This document shows, in pieces, positions 35,401 through 49,300 of a stretch of 64,000 bases of DNA (position 1 is the first letter of the stretch; each line of letters begins with the position of its first letter). Below the pieces are notes generated by a model, which saw only the letters and a list, made by a program, of their open reading frames with translations, had not been told where the DNA came from and did not search any database. The DNA is taken from NCBI GenBank assembly GCA_002633005.1, contig NMRA01000156.1, positions 522,488 through 586,487 on the forward strand, given 5' to 3'. This stretch comes from Phoronis australis (taxonomy: Eukaryota; Animalia; Phoronida). The translations under genes were made by a program, and so were the position numbers.

Positions 35401-35869
35401 CCTCATCAGTGGCAATGGAATTCTTTTCTTTGAGAGATTTATCGTTGGCTGCTTTTTCCTGATTGTCGTCTGCTTGTTGCGATTCCGTCTGACCCATGTT
35501 GGCGCCATGTGTCAGCTCACTGGCCAGTCGGTGGTAAGCTGTAGGGAACATGCTTGGCTCTGCAGGTAACTTCTCCAAAGGGGGTGGTGGATGCTTCTTT
35601 TTCACGTGCTCTTTCATTTCGCTCAATGAAGACAGCTGAATTCCACAGTAGGGACAGCCGATATCATCGGAATTTGGCTGGGTTTCCGTGGCAACCGCCT
35701 CCGTGTCACTCACGGAGGCCTCCATTTTCTCGGGTTCAACTGCTGGAGAAAATATTCCTGCAACATTTTCTTCCAACTCGCGAGCCATTCGTGACGGTTT
35801 GGATTGTTTGCGGCGGCTACTGCTGCCTGTTTCAATGTTTCTATTCTGCACAATGGTGCAGTCCATCAT
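32414..35869 (-). CDS. Multi-C2H2 zinc-finger transcription factor (13 dispersed fingers, 1151 aa), single coding exon
   Basis: Uninterrupted ORF with the first ATG at 35869 (MMDCTIVQ) and an in-frame TAG shortly upstream. It has 13 C-x2-C-x12-H-x4-H motifs separated by Pro/Ser-rich linkers, and candidate splice acceptors upstream at 35881-35883, 36001-36003 and 36035-36037. Confidence 0.95.
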   Translation of the reverse strand: MMDCTIVQNRNIETGSSSRRKQSKPSRMARELEENVAGIFSPAVEPEKMEASVSDTEAVATETQPNSDDIGCPYCGIQLSSLSEMKEHVKKKHPPPPLEKLPAEPSMFPTAYHRLASELTHGANMGQTESQQADDNQEKAANDKSLKEKNSIATDEAEDEKIPVGPEGVQKNGARIFHQDAYCDLCDREFCNKYFLKTHRANKHNIFDSPPTFPQPGMGFPEFPANPIDLANAILSKEFLKEKAQQDESLLSKSVNSDLEDFCEICQKHFCNKYYLRKHKADVHGIKADSQPSRSWNVPPLDNHVSAASTGSFTPTSVPGAMSAQSGMGAMPNLLYLNPFIPPMALLPAQSLMSTQFAFLPNHTPPLPPPSSLPMLSSMAGVPSSAPSLPSSLASSPALPSSALRSMGVLNADAYCEICRKEFCNKYFLKIHKANKHGLGEDSSKGSSQPSSSPNSPPTSATLNTSQSGTLCASPTPAAVTKTPDDSAKASEANLNNSSEPTANADAQIMPALDMTPLNLKTEESGPLNLSQNASPSDTSQQSFADTNPTSTSPTSAMMSISRPVERLACDICNKEVSSKYVLKIHKFKYHGIGAYSDLELKSEEVKENKPSPETLSMLENGPSDTELTKMGIDPEAYCKICKKEFCSKYFLRTHLFNMHGIRTEATDKRVSSTVHTPKAVPLGPGGGERHTWRWKEPANMTRVFCDICNKELCNKYFLRTHKLNKHGVYTEDEPSPRKAASFTGPPTMVNNNSNQSFKSTSSDELNKSDVSVKPEPKDEGQEKAPPPMSHDNNPMSQYLSQLSEICQICLQRFRNKQWLELHLRNDHGINLEAMPPSPPNENEFRLSLAKQMGVAKNCDFCGLVFHSEKELYSHLMENHQSMYFSNFQMKRRYMKSMKVKMYSCSQCDYKTRWLSNVYSHEQRKHNTRAGQNTSKIFTCKECLRTFSYEHSLIRHMKEYHRVNGVSRDTTITTNGIAQGGVSASPGKRYRCAHCGERFGSRVLCLTHIRIVHKKNLKVKKATNDCNSSPENQLTSSQVDKSKLGVHSCTQCNFSSKFYRNLRVHILLKHKVRRQMKSSVKRPAFSTLQGDQPVTYAAPIKVKDGGSFIMQPFTIKEDLDGNFVSATVYLPVKKRITEAKQVSFCLTPALP

Positions 35870-36034
35870 AGTGAGTTCTCCTGCAATACAGCTCACACTA
35901 AGCTACGACAATGGGATTCAACTACCGTCGTCTTCTGCTGTCTGTACGTACAGTTACTGCATCATGCACACTTTTTTCTGTCAGACATTAAGGGCCAACT
36001 CTGCAACGAAACAGAGAACCAACATTGTAACAAC

Positions 36035-36060
36035 CTGCATGAGATAAGAGACAGACAACA
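36035..36060 (-). other. Probable 3' splice acceptor for the zinc-finger coding exon (implies an upstream 5' UTR exon)
   Basis: The minus strand reads TGTTGTCTGTCTCTTATCTCATGCAG|GTT, a long pyrimidine-rich tract followed by CAG. Confidence 0.55.
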
Positions 36061-39000
36061 ATTTACTCAAAAGTCTAATTAGCAACACTACTCTGTTCCC
36101 TGGAATTGAATGAAAAATGAAACCCAAGACAGTTGAAATCAAATTAAATTCCACGATTAAATTTGAGGAAATAGTAATTCCGCCTTAATTAGCTAACTCG
36201 ATAACGTTCTGCGAGGCTGACTCATATTTGTGTGTTGATTAAAATGACTGGCAAAACATAAAATATAGGCAATCTTAAGCTCATCACACAATAACTGCAA
36301 AGATGATTTGAATGCCAAAAATTCTACAGCAAATCTGCAAGTTCTAGAACCTTAATGTTGCAGAGAACCCAAATGAAGCAACAAAACAATTCACACTTAA
36401 GTCAGATTTCAATGCCAATGGTCGTGCATCAAACTAATCATATGCAAAAGAACGAAAAACAGTACAAAACTGATTCGTTTCTAAAAACCAAAACAACACA
36501 GAATTTGACTCAATCACACCGCGGGCTTGTCCCCTAGTTACCATGACGATAAGAGTTAACACCCACTTTGGGCCTAATGGCGACCCTAAATTTTCACTTT
36601 TAAACACAAAGGCTTAATGCTCATCCCAAATTTATGCGATTGAGCCCTACTTATAAAGTGCTGGGGCTATCTCACAAGAATTTTAGTTGCAAAATGTATG
36701 CAGTGGCACTATGCCAAATTGTGACGTGAAAATAAACTTCACTAAAAGAGACACAAAATGATTCTTTCGTCTTAAGATCGTTCTAATATCAACTGTACTC
36801 GTGAGCGAATCAACTGTTAAAGTAAACTGACATACTTGATTTTTGAAAATTTGCTATTCTAAACGCCCATGCTCCGCTTAACGGCGCCCCATTTTTGAAT
36901 TCCCCAATTTAAGTGACCTGAAGGTCAACCCGGATGAGTTGAGTTTCATATTGATCAAGGGTTCAAAATGGACAACAATCTCTCAGACGTTATGGAATTG
37001 CCAAACGAAAACTTATCGCGCACAGCATGCCAAATTCATGACACGATTAGACATATTGCAACCTACTCAGAAAGCACATGAGACCTCTAAGGAAACAAAT
37101 TAGCCAAAACATAAGTTTAGGGAAACCATGTCAAACTTTTATCATTTTTGAACTATCATACATGACAACATTGCTCAAATCATCTAGATCAGAGTGAAAT
37201 AGAAGGGCATCCGCAGCAGACCGGGTGAGCTGAAAAATATTTTACAACTTACGTAACTTCAAGAAAGCATAGTTTTTAAGCCACCAGGTTGTCAGTTTAA
37301 ATATATTTCAAAACACAAATTTATGTAAGCTGAGTTTTTGTAGATTGCTTACAGCAGTTTTGCAAAAACATTTGAGTGATACAGGATGTGCATCAGCATA
37401 GCATGTCAATGGATATTGCCCACAGCTTTTGACCAACAGAACACCATTGAAACACTTGTCAGGTACACCTATTTGCAAAATTAAAACGGGATTCAACTAT
37501 TCCCTTTGTTAAAAAAGTTTTTTATTTCACTTACCGTTATGAAATTGGACTCAAACTGTTCACGCTAATAATGCGAGTTGCTTTTTACTTTTAACTGGTT
37601 TTATAACAAAAATAAATGCTCAAAATTCATAACATTTTACATTACGTATCAATAGGTCCTAAGAGTGAGTAAAATACGACAGCAAATCACCTAAACCCTG
37701 CGGCACATCACTTTATGAACATGCAAATAGAGGTCATGGTAATACAGACAGGTGGGACAAGATGGATGTGGCAGAACGTGATGCAACTAACTCTGTGTTA
37801 GTCTCACACCATCCACAAAAAAACGTATAAATTCAGTAAGCTCGGGTTTTCTTATATGGTACACTCTCGAAACGAAACACGAACCACCATTCATTGGTTA
37901 ACATCAACAGAAAACGCCAAAGTGGATAAGCCTTCATTTGCTGACCAACCGACAACTCTAGGAAACGTCAATTGAAAAAAGACAATGGAAATAACAGGAC
38001 ATTCTTTTCCAAAGAAAGTCCAGGGATTAGCATCACGAAAAGCGCCTTTACATTTACGACAAAATTTGGTCTTACACTCCCACTTCCCAATTTCTAAATA
38101 ACTGTTTAGTCAAGTCATTATGAGTGCATCACAGTCTAGAAATAATTTACACAATTTAGCTCAGTTATGCGTAAATATTACAGTTTTGCTCAGGCAAGAT
38201 GCAATTACTTTTCAGAAATTGTTGTGTGGAGCATGAGGCCAAAGATTTCTGACTTAAATCCTAAATCACCTTTCAAAAAACAAGGCCCCAAATAAAAAAT
38301 AAAATCTAATGCCTGTTCCTGACCTCAGCAAACTACGGTGCTTCACAATATGTAGATGCCTCACAATCTCTGTGCTTAAGTCTTACAGAGAAGCTTCATC
38401 ACAATACCCCATACTCATGTTAGTGCGAGATTCACCGCCTTTGTAAACAGGAGACGACCAGCCTTCGTGTGACAAATGTTCTGAAGATTTTGATATGAGC
38501 GTAATTGGAATCATGAAATTTTCATATGACTGCAATATCTCGGCTAACCAATAAAAATTGACGGGTGTATTTGCACTGTACTAAAAATGGTAAATCAATT
38601 ATCTTAAAATGAAGTTCAGACAAGAAAACGACGCTGGCTCTTGGAAATTTTAATAACGGCGTCAGCATTGTTTGCAGACACATTGAAAAATTTACACTCG
38701 ACATCAATGTTTTAATTATACGAGACATTAGGTTTGAGATAAAAAGAATTACGTGTGCCTGAAGAGATTGTAATGCGTCAAATTCTCGGAACCTGTGAAT
38801 ATGGCAGAAGCTGATTAATTTATGAAACAAAACTGTTATTTTTCTGAACATTGCACGATCTATCATTATTTTTGCATGTGTCTTTATATCAAATGATATG
38901 TCACAAGTTCAAATCAGTTCCAACATCTCATTGTGTACCAAGTTTCAAATGACATCCGCCATCTTTTCAGATCAAATGACGACAGAGCTTAAAAATATCT

Positions 39001-40494
39001 CATTCAAAAGCACTGCATATCTCCCCTACAAACCAAATCCACTGGTTCTCCATGTAGGTGTAATTGATTTCAAACCAACCCATTCCTTGAAACCCATGTT
39101 ATGGCAATCATCCGTTATTTCGCACAAAAATAAATAAAATTCCAAAATTACCGTTTTATGACTTCCGCACAGAATTAACAATGCTGGTGATAGACTTGAA
39201 TTTTCTTAATCTTTATGTTTGTGGAAAAATTTGGCAACATAGATTTTCATTTGTCGGCCATAATGCACAGTAAATAAGCGAAGAATTGCCACAGCATAAC
39301 TGTGCACTGAACTGAAGGGCTGTCAACATCTGGGTTAGGTTCCGTAGACGCAAGAAACTCCTGGGTAAAGCCACATGAACATGTGACTTGCTTGTAATGC
39401 TCGGCGACATCTTCAGGAGACTTGTGGGATTAATTTTTCTCATGAGAAAGTTGCTCTACGGAACACAGCCCAGGTGGAAATTTAAGATTATTTGCTTCCA
39501 GTTTAAGTCAGCCTTTGGCAATTTCGACAATTCGTTTTGCAAAGTTAAGATTTAGTGAAGAAATACCCCAAGTCGAATAGCCTCTATTTCTAGTTTTGCA
39601 AGCTAAATGATACTGGCCAGGGAGATGTGTTATAACAAACTATCTTGGCATATACTACAGATAATAACATACAACACAGGGGCACTCAAATGAGCCGTGT
39701 CATTACTCAACACAGAAGAGGGTGGCACACTCCAATGGCCTGGTGTAGAAGTTAAGGGTGAACCAGTTAATTCTATTCTGTTGCTACGGTAATTAGAAAC
39801 TTAAATCAAGTTGATACACTGTGAAATGGGTCACTGAACACAATGTACTGCAACCTACACGTCAACAAACCCACCGGCTGTTGGAAGAGAGTGGTTGGAT
39901 AAAATCTGACGTTAACTACATACAGTTTACACCAGAGTAACAGAAAATTTAACGTTAATAACGCAATAAGAAGAATAAAAGACATACTGTACCACAGCTT
40001 GCCAAAGTGCGATTGTTTAAATGCAAAGACTAATCCCCGCCTGTGCAGCATGGTTCTCAAAAACACAACAAGCCCAGTTAGGTTACACTGCCACTCTATT
40101 GCAATACAGACATGAGGGTAGAATTTTTTGCTCTAGTAATAATTACAATGAACATGTGTTGTACCCACAAGAATGAGCCCTGCTGATACGCAGACGCAGA
40201 CGTGCTACTGAAATTAAAACATGCTATTACAAATTCACACTTGTTCAAACAGCGAACAACAGAGGAAACTTAGCAGCCATTGTGGTCTCAAGGTGGAACA
40301 AATGTCATTCATTTTGTTTTTGACATCCAGTGGGAACAATTATGTTGATCACAACAAAAACTATATTTAACATTAATATTTGATAAAAACCTACAATGTT
40401 GGCTGGATGCAATGTTTTTACATCCCTTGGCACAATTAAACTAAAGAAAATGCATATTTAGCTGATGGCTATGCAAGACACTTGAGGAAAACTT

Positions 40495-40600
40495 TGGCGC
40501 ATCATGTCTCAGAAATGGCTCATCAGACTCAGGTAAATCTTTTAAATAGCATGCTTTAGGCATTGCTGTGTTAGGAATTGTTTTTAAGAAGTTTCACTTT
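40495..40600 (+). repeat. Fragment of the dispersed repeat seen at 5527 and 17003
   Basis: CATCATGTCTCAGAAATGGCTCATCAGA matches the family core. Confidence 0.4.
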
Positions 40601-43600
40601 TTGCTTGAGGGGCTAACAAAGACATGACTTTATCATTTTCAAGAAAAAAATCAGAATTTACATTTAACAGAAATAATTTAGAAATTCCTAAGGCTTTCTT
40701 CTTTTAGAAACTATGGACTTTTACTGAATTTTATGGATATTTGACCGAATACATAGACTTGTTGATAAGGTCCACCATAAAATAAGTGTGTGTCTTAAAG
40801 AAATGAAAACCATCTAATTCATTTCTTGATTGTCTTCCAGTACTTTCCATGATAAAAGTGCAAGATCTACCACCTCTTCTGATCTACAATGTGTGTTGCT
40901 TTACGCTGGTGCATTGATTTTTGGATTTTTGAACCCCAAGAAATTGAAATACAACCAAAACCTTTTTGAAGGTGGGTCAACTAAACCCCAGCATATTGAG
41001 ATGACCACCGTGGATACATCCTGCCTTTCCAATAGACCTATCAAAATGTAATTCTTCATATAGTTCACACCAAAATAATTGCAACAGTTGCAATTTTTTT
41101 GATTTTCAAAGGCTAATTACAACATTGCAAATAAGGGAACTTCGCCACATGCTGTTTTATGATGTCCAAACCAAGTTAGCAATAGACTGAAATGTTATCA
41201 ATCTTTATTTTAGTTGCAAAACTTGACAAAATAAAATTCCGTATGTCTGCCACATTGTGCGCTAAATTTGTGACAAATTAACGAATCTGTATTTTCCAGC
41301 ATTCCCCATTTCAATGAGCACGACTTCCCCGCCGAAAGGTTAGAAGCCCAAGCGCTAAAAATGATAGATCCGCCATTGTTCAGAGAGTGACTTTAGATGT
41401 TTTGTCGAAATTTGAAGCTCTGAACTGGTTTCTGGAACTTAAAGCCACACAGGAACTACCTGGAAACCCCATCTAGTGTTTGGACACAGAACCAGTCTAT
41501 TCGCCATTCGGCTGATAGTCCTATTGCTTTTGCCACAGAACATGACAACTTACGAATTCCAACTTGCTTAGTTCCATTTTAGCGATATCGATTTGTCTGT
41601 TCCTTCCAAGTACATGAATCTCCCTCAACTTTTTAAATTAAGATGAAACCAATTTGATAGTAGTAAGTTGTCTAATTCAAAAGTTTGTGTTTCGACATCG
41701 AAAATCAATGAATGGCGCTGTACTGGGGTTTTAACTTGTAGCAAGTGATTTTATAATTTTTGTTGCTACTATCCACAACTCATACCAAATCAAAATAAGT
41801 AAAACATAAGTCATGAAATGTTTATATCGAGAAGTAAATGACCTTCATTACAGAAGGTCACATTTTTTCATATATTTTGTAAAATACTAAAATTCAACCA
41901 ATTACACCATATACTTTTAAAATTCTCAGTATACAAAGACACTAAAATTGTTGTACCTTTCTTTGCTCCTTAAGGATTTTAAATATGTATCCTTTAACAG
42001 GCTAAAATGTGGCATTTTGGAAAATATATGAATACAACACTTGGTAACAAGGGTAATCAACTACGCATTATTTCTGTACAACTGCATATTTATAGAATTT
42101 TTAAAGTACCCATGAATAACAAACTACATGTCACTGTAAAGAGGATGATGGGCAAAATTTCAAGAGAATGCCAACCACCATTTTAATGTCTACAACAACA
42201 GCAGTCACGTGTTCTACAACAAGTTTAGCGCTCATTAAAAAAAAATGTCACCTAATTGTTCAATTGTTGTGATTGTGGGCCAGCTGGATGCCTGCACAAT
42301 GCTTTGACATGCTTCACAGTACTTATCACCTGAGTCATTATCCTACCTTCACCTCAACCTTTTGCCACAGACGGCAAATTGGTCACTTACAGGAGTCGCA
42401 GATTTTTAGAACCTGTTTGATGCAAGTTATTGAGTGGAGAGAACTGATGCTCATAATGGCGGACTCCATGCAAGTGACTATCACCGGTGCAGACAATAGC
42501 GTTTCTTTGAATGGCGCGTAACTGTTTTATCAAACTAAAGAACGCAAGGGCAGGATGAGCTGTCGAAAACTGCCAATTTTCATGAAAACTACTGTTGCAA
42601 TAACAGCCACCACCCAGAACACCACAGCGCCATCTCTTGTTCTGTGGCATTTACCCACGATGCCGTGCATCTGCAGTGATACCCCACTGTCAGGCTAATC
42701 ACTAATAGGCATCAAAAGTAAAGTAGATTGCCATTTGTCATTTCCACCCAGGGATATCCCTATAGAAGAGGTATATGGAACGTGCCACTCAAAACCAGTG
42801 ACCCTACAAAAGGGCATCTTTTCCCTATAAAACAGTTCACTTTGGAAGTTCGACACGCTCTAAAAGGTTTCCATTTTCCGACTACACAAATCTGCAGATT
42901 ATAGGACTTTTAATGTTATATATACTTATTTTCGATGAGTTGCCGTGTGTCACGCTAATAGGTCAGAAACTCAACTTTCAGAGAATCCCTAAAAAATGGT
43001 CAGGAGTTTAATTGCAGACACAAACTTTTTTGAAAAGCTGAGTGAGGTAATGAATCATTCTCCACTTGCCTGACTCGGCCCTACTTTTCAAAAACTAGGT
43101 CAATCACAAAATGTGTTTTTCTATCACCGCAAAACAGGAGAGTTGAATCCAGCAAATAGGAACGAGATGAAGCCAAAATTATCTACTTGGAACAAGAGTT
43201 CATTGGGTTCCTGGATGTGAATCTTTCTGTGATGCAAAGTACAAACGCCACTCACAGTCCATAGTATAACAATGCTAGAAAATTTTGTGTCTTAAATGTT
43301 GTACAAAAACAGAGATTTAAAAAAAATGGCACGTTATTTGTAATGTGGCTTTAACTTGTCACTGTAGGCTTCTGATGAGAGCGACCTCAGATTTTGTTGA
43401 GCGACCTGGTAACAATTTCATGTTGCCACGAAGTAGCCATGCACACATCTGACCACGCACTCGAAATACTACAAGAAGTAAAATGATGAAGTCGGGAGCT
43501 TAGAATATGCCAAATCGCATTTGGCGAGGTGATGTTCTCTTGAGCGTCCAGCCCTGCAGTCGCTTGTTTTCATTTCTAAACAAAGCCTTTTCAAGGTTAC

Positions 43601-46027
43601 TTACACAATTTATTTTGCTATTCCAGCATAATAATGTTAACAAATGTGTTACGTAGTGAGTGATGCTTCTACAGACTCAAGTCCTAAATCTGAATCTGCT
43701 AATTAGTTATACAAGAGCAAGGAGAAATTACTGAATAAATATGATACATTCACAGTAATTAACTAAACCAAAGATATAGATTTTCCCGGGGAACTTAAAA
43801 CTGAGGATTAGAATTAGAGTTACACAAGGGTTTAGAGTCAAATCAGGTTTAATGGTGGTGCCTTCTGAATGAGATGCAAGCATTTCACAGCCTAAGCCAA
43901 GTCTGAGAATGACTTAACAGGCAAGTTCCACACTATATAGAATTCACGCGAGACCAACAAATAATGGTGTTCCAGCTTTGCACTGTTATACGTGAGCATA
44001 ATTTTTCTGTCATATACGTATGAAAATTTTTTCTCAATCTAAATCAGAGATGAAACAGACAAAACCAATAATTTGGGCCAATGGATGCAGGGGGAACGTG
44101 TATATGAACATTTGTATAATGTCACATGACAAACCAACCAGCCAATCATGGACTGATACAAATACAAAATGCTTGCAGTTCTTAATTACATAGGGACTTT
44201 TTGTGGTATTTTAAAACAACACCAGAATGTCATGTAAAATGTATTCAGAGAAGTCTGTTCATGACATGCGATGAACAGAAAAACAGTTTACAGAAAAACA
44301 AGAAAATCATAAAAGTTTAATTGCCTTTCGCTGTACTCCGTAATCACTAACAGACAGCAATTCCCATTGTTATCTGTTTTAATGGACAGTTTAATTCCAT
44401 TAAATGTAGCTGGAGATTCTTAAAACCAGTTTAATTGAAATTTGATACCTCTTAAGTGGTGAACAGGTGAGAATACTAATATCAATGTAATTTAATTATT
44501 TTGAATTTCAATTCTTACAGCTTCACACAATTCAAAGAAAAACTCATACCGGCAATAAAGGTGTCTTTCTATTGATGACACAAAATGTCAGCAAAGATGC
44601 AAAGCAGTAAAATGTCAAGGGGTGGGGGGTTGTATTAGGTTGGGAACCAATTTTGCTCTGGTATTACAGGTATTGTATTAGCCTGGGCCTTGAATTATTG
44701 ACAGCACTGCCGACCCGTTTCCCAGAAGAGAAGCCAACTCCCCACTCCTAATGTTCTCGTCCAAATCTCTGGCAAAAAGTGGAATCTTGCCCATGACAAT
44801 GCTGCCGTAAATTCTCAACAATTTCCAACGAAAACAATTGCTAAAATTGACAGTTTTTCACTTCCAAGTGCTTCTAACATTGCCATAAAAGGTCACATCG
44901 TTTTAAAACGTTATCTGACGGTACACCTGAAACTTGAACGTAGAGAAACATTAATCTGGTGCGCGACACGTCTTTCTCGAACAAAAAGGATAAAGTAAAG
45001 CATCACTCTACAGCCGGTCATATTGTGTCCTCAGTTGGGGAGACGTTGTAGTACCGCCATATTGGCATGCACTCTGATTCATTGCACTGCTGAATAGATT
45101 GTACTAGGTCATTTTATTGACGTTCTATTTAAAAAATGGTGGTCACCGCCATACATTATGCAAATGTGCGAAAGCAATCTTAACACACCAATTGATGCTA
45201 TAATGAGATATTGATAGTAACAGTACAGAAACGAAGATTTGGCTATTTTTTTTCAAACAGAATGTCAATATGCTACAGGTCACTGAATTTGTAGCCATTG
45301 TTTGAAAAGCTTATCAATATTAAATTTGAAACAAAGAATGTTGTACGGGAGTGTACAGTGATAATCCCTGAAGAATATTTTAAAATGTTTGCTTTGGTTC
45401 TCAGTACTCAGTTCGCTTGGCACAGCAAAGAACGTCCATTGTTTAGGACTAACGAACTTGCTGTTAACATTCTGTTGTGTTGTGAAATCTCCAATATTGC
45501 AAAGAAAACTCAGGATTTCAAAATGACATTTTCATCTAAGTTTTTTGGATATCATGTATTCCAACCAAGTACGTATAGTCCAGATTTCAAAACAGACATT
45601 GTCATTTTCACCATCTAAAAACAAGTTGAAGATTATTTAGTTCAGCCAAGTAAAATCTACATTTCAAACCAGACTTTGTGGCTTAAAGATTTTTTTATCT
45701 ATAAAATAAGATGACTATTATTTAGTCTAGCCTCAAGTAGTCGATTTCAAAATAAAGTGGATATCATACAGCTAAGTATCTATAGTGTAGATTTCAAAGC
45801 AGATTTTGTCTCTGATCGAGTAAAAAAGTCGAATTAAATGTTTTAGTAAGATTTTCTTGACCTTGAACTAAGGCCAATAACAACATCCCTCCAAATTAAG
45901 CACTTTGAAAATTTCATTTTTTCTGGCAGGGAAGAATGTTTTTTCGGAAGCATCAAATTGAAGATCTCTACAAATATCTTAATCTTTTCAACATTTACAC
46001 CACTCCCAAGTATATTTTTCTTAAAAA

Positions 46028-46328
46028 TATTATCATGATTATTATTATTTTATTATTATTATTATTATTATAATTATTATTATCATAATAATATATAGTA
46101 TTCTTAGTATTTCTATTACTAAATCAATATCATATTTTCTGTTATCGTTATTATCGTTATAATTATAACTATTATCAATACTATCAATATTATCTACATC
46201 ACACAAAGGGCAGAATTTTCATGGTAAAAGTCTCAATTGATTCTCAAGCCCATCTCCAGCAACATCATGGGAAGGATAATAATAATAATAATAAGAAGAA
46301 TAATAATAAGAATAATAATAATAATAAT
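46028..46328. repeat. (TTA)n-rich tract followed by an (AAT)n tract
   Basis: Degenerate TTA/TCA triplets at 46028-46195 and AAT/AAG triplets at 46277-46328. Confidence 0.85.
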
Positions 46329-49300
46329 ATCACATCACTAGTAACTACTCCAAATTACACCAACACATTTATCCAAACTAGACAATTTCAACATAAAGTA
46401 ATTTTCAAAAATCTGAAATGTGAACCGTACAGATTAGCATAACAGACCTTTGTGTTCTAAAACAAAGATTAACTGGTTTAACTTGTTACTAACTTTTGAC
46501 CTAACATAATTCTCTATAGAGTGGTAAGATTTAGAACTAAAATGGCGGAATCCCTACGTTCCTTTTGCAGCACCCTTAAGTACTGACAAAGATATTGCAA
46601 ACACTAGAGCTATGACACCAGAAATTTCTGGTGTGGATGCAACTACTCATGACAAGAGTTTTTCATCTTATGCACACAAAAATCACAGGGTTGTGAACAT
46701 TTCCGCCAGCCAAAAGAAGAGCAAACTTGCCAAACAGTATCCTCTACTGTGTCAGAATAGCATTGAGTGGACTGATTACAATATCTAGTGGGTTTCAGCA
46801 GGCGTGCATTCAATGCTGTAAGTTCGAAAATCAAGGTTTTCGCAAAGCATGTGGTGAGTAAAACTCCGATCAGTCTTGTGATCTTCTACAACACACGCCT
46901 TTACAAAGGCAATAAAAAAGATAAGGACCTCTCTCCACGATAACTTGCTTTTCAACAGTACACATTTCATCAATTTTTTGTTTGCTATCCACCCTGTTTT
47001 CTCCATTTTGCTAACGAAAACAAAAGTTGCTGAGCTTTGAATGCTGCTGCATCATAGTGTTTGCAATCGACCTATTCGAAGCTCCGCAACCTGCAAAATG
47101 TTAACAACAAAACAATAAGTTTTACTCGGCAAAGTGTTGTTTGTCAAGTAAAATGGCTGCTTGGAAATGAAGGTGTGTCAAGAATGCTGCGTCATGATTG
47201 GTCAGTTAAGCCGTCACCCAAAACCCTGGTGATAGGTCAATTAGCCAATGAGAGAGAGCATTGAATTTAGCATTGATACTGAACCAAGGCATTATGAACA
47301 ATGTGGAAATCTTCTGGACTACCCCAGTATGGTGATGTCATAATTTCCATATCTACTGTATTGGTATGATTCTTTTTTAGATAGTTTCTATGGCGATTAG
47401 GTGATTCGACTAAAATGCTGGCCACAAACATTCGTGCATCTGTTTTATTATACCAATCTCGAAAATATTGCCAAAAATTCACTAAAAGGAATATTTTAAA
47501 CATTAAAGGTTGGCATAAAACTTCACCATTAGCCAAAGATAACATTTGTTCTGTTATCATGGGGGAATTATAATGTGGATGACAAAAAATCATTTTGCAA
47601 CAAGAACTTTTGAGCCTAAAAGGCACCTTTTCAGTTTTGAGTGGTCAAGAACACATGAACTTCACACTACAGCAGTAGAACACTCCACACATACGCCAGT
47701 GACTATTAAAATAGATGTGGCCGCCATTAATCATAAAATAAGGTTTTTGTAGATTTATCTAAACAGCTGTGGAGTTTTTATTTCTGCGATATTATGACAG
47801 AAAGGAAAACAAAAATTCTAGAGCTGTCAGCGCAGACTAGCAGATGATTAGCCGGTGATAAATGACTGAAATGAATTCCTTGACTGGAGTCAAAAATCTG
47901 CACCAACTCTGAATCCGCAAGGCGCGTTTCAAGTTGTGCAGCCATGGCCCGTTTTTGGAAGCGAAATGGTACGCATAACAGTTATGTACATCTCCAGCCA
48001 GACCATGTTTTTGAATGCAGGAGTTCCACGTTCTATCCTCTGTGGCTGTTTGAGACTGCATTTTGCTTTTAACTACAAGACAGTGACTTTTAGAAATTAA
48101 ATATATCTCGACTTAAAGGAATGATTGGCCACTAAAAAAGTACGTTTGAACTGAGCAATTTCTGGAACTTTTAAAAAAATGTCACGAGCTCGCAACGACT
48201 CAACAACCAAATTAGAATTTGTCAGGACACAAAGCCATTCAGAGAATGCTGTTAAAAGATCACTGGCACTTACACGGAAACAAAAAACAAAAGCCAGTTG
48301 ATAATTTTCCAAGAAACCATAATAAATATTTGATTTTTACAGTCTGAATGTTAATACTATTAAACAAAACAATAAAGCATATTCAAGTAAATGTCACTTA
48401 TGCTATTAGTAATTTTTTACAGTGACCTTTTTCGCAAGCCATGCAGTATTCATTTTTTGCATTTCGTGAAATCCACTATTTTCATAAAAAGCAAAATAAT
48501 GAACACTGGATGGCCGTCAAAACAACGCCGTATTATGATTTAACATAGCTCTACGAGACTCCATCACAGACTGCTCGTTGTTCAAACTTAGAAGAATGTT
48601 ATTTCAAGTTGGCAAATAAAAACAACGCAGTAGGAAATTGCTTTCAAAAATATTCGACAGGCTGTATTAACGGTGCATATCAAATTCTAATTTTGTAATT
48701 TGAAAACATGAGTGTTCGGCTGTAACAATTTGCATGATTAAAACCACATCCGCGAGCAAACACAGCCAGAAGAGGGGAATTATTCAAATTTCCATGACTG
48801 TATCAAAACAATGGAGCTGGCTGTCAAATAGACACGATAATTGCTTTCATTTTTCTTCGACTGATTAAATTTGATAAAACAAAAGTCAGGGAAATTGCCC
48901 CAGAGTCAATAAATGCCCTGATGTGAGCATCTTCCTTATTCAGCAAGATTACATTTTAATCAGAAAATTGGCATTGCATGTTATTTCTAGACTAAAACCT
49001 TGAACATTCATCAACAGAGATAATTCTCTGACATTCGACATCAAAGAAACCGTGCAGAGGAGCTTTGATCACGAAAAATTAAAATACATAAAGTTAATAC
49101 AGCCGTGGAATGATTTAAATTAACTTTATTTTTTCATCTCCATTCTCTCAGATCTGCCAACTCAAACGCATGCAGGAAGATTAAAAAGTCTAAGGCAATT
49201 TGCTCATCAGAGCCCTGAGGATGATATTGAGCTTGTGCTTTATTGGTGATTAGAAATACGAATGAAGTACTAATTCAGCATAAAGCAAGATAATCAAATT

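Noticed and set aside
33203-36082. Multiple 68-145-aa ORFs overlapping the zinc-finger gene
   Set aside because: Antisense or alternate-frame shadows of a long coding exon.
38193-38203. AGGCAAGATGC (miR-31-like start)
   Set aside because: The 3' half does not match and no complementary arm is evident.
46540-46580. AAAATGGCGG YY1-like motif as a promoter mark (similar at 38956 and 60841)
   Set aside because: This one lies next to a CCCTTAA transposon-like end, and none of them sits in a CpG-rich promoter-like context.
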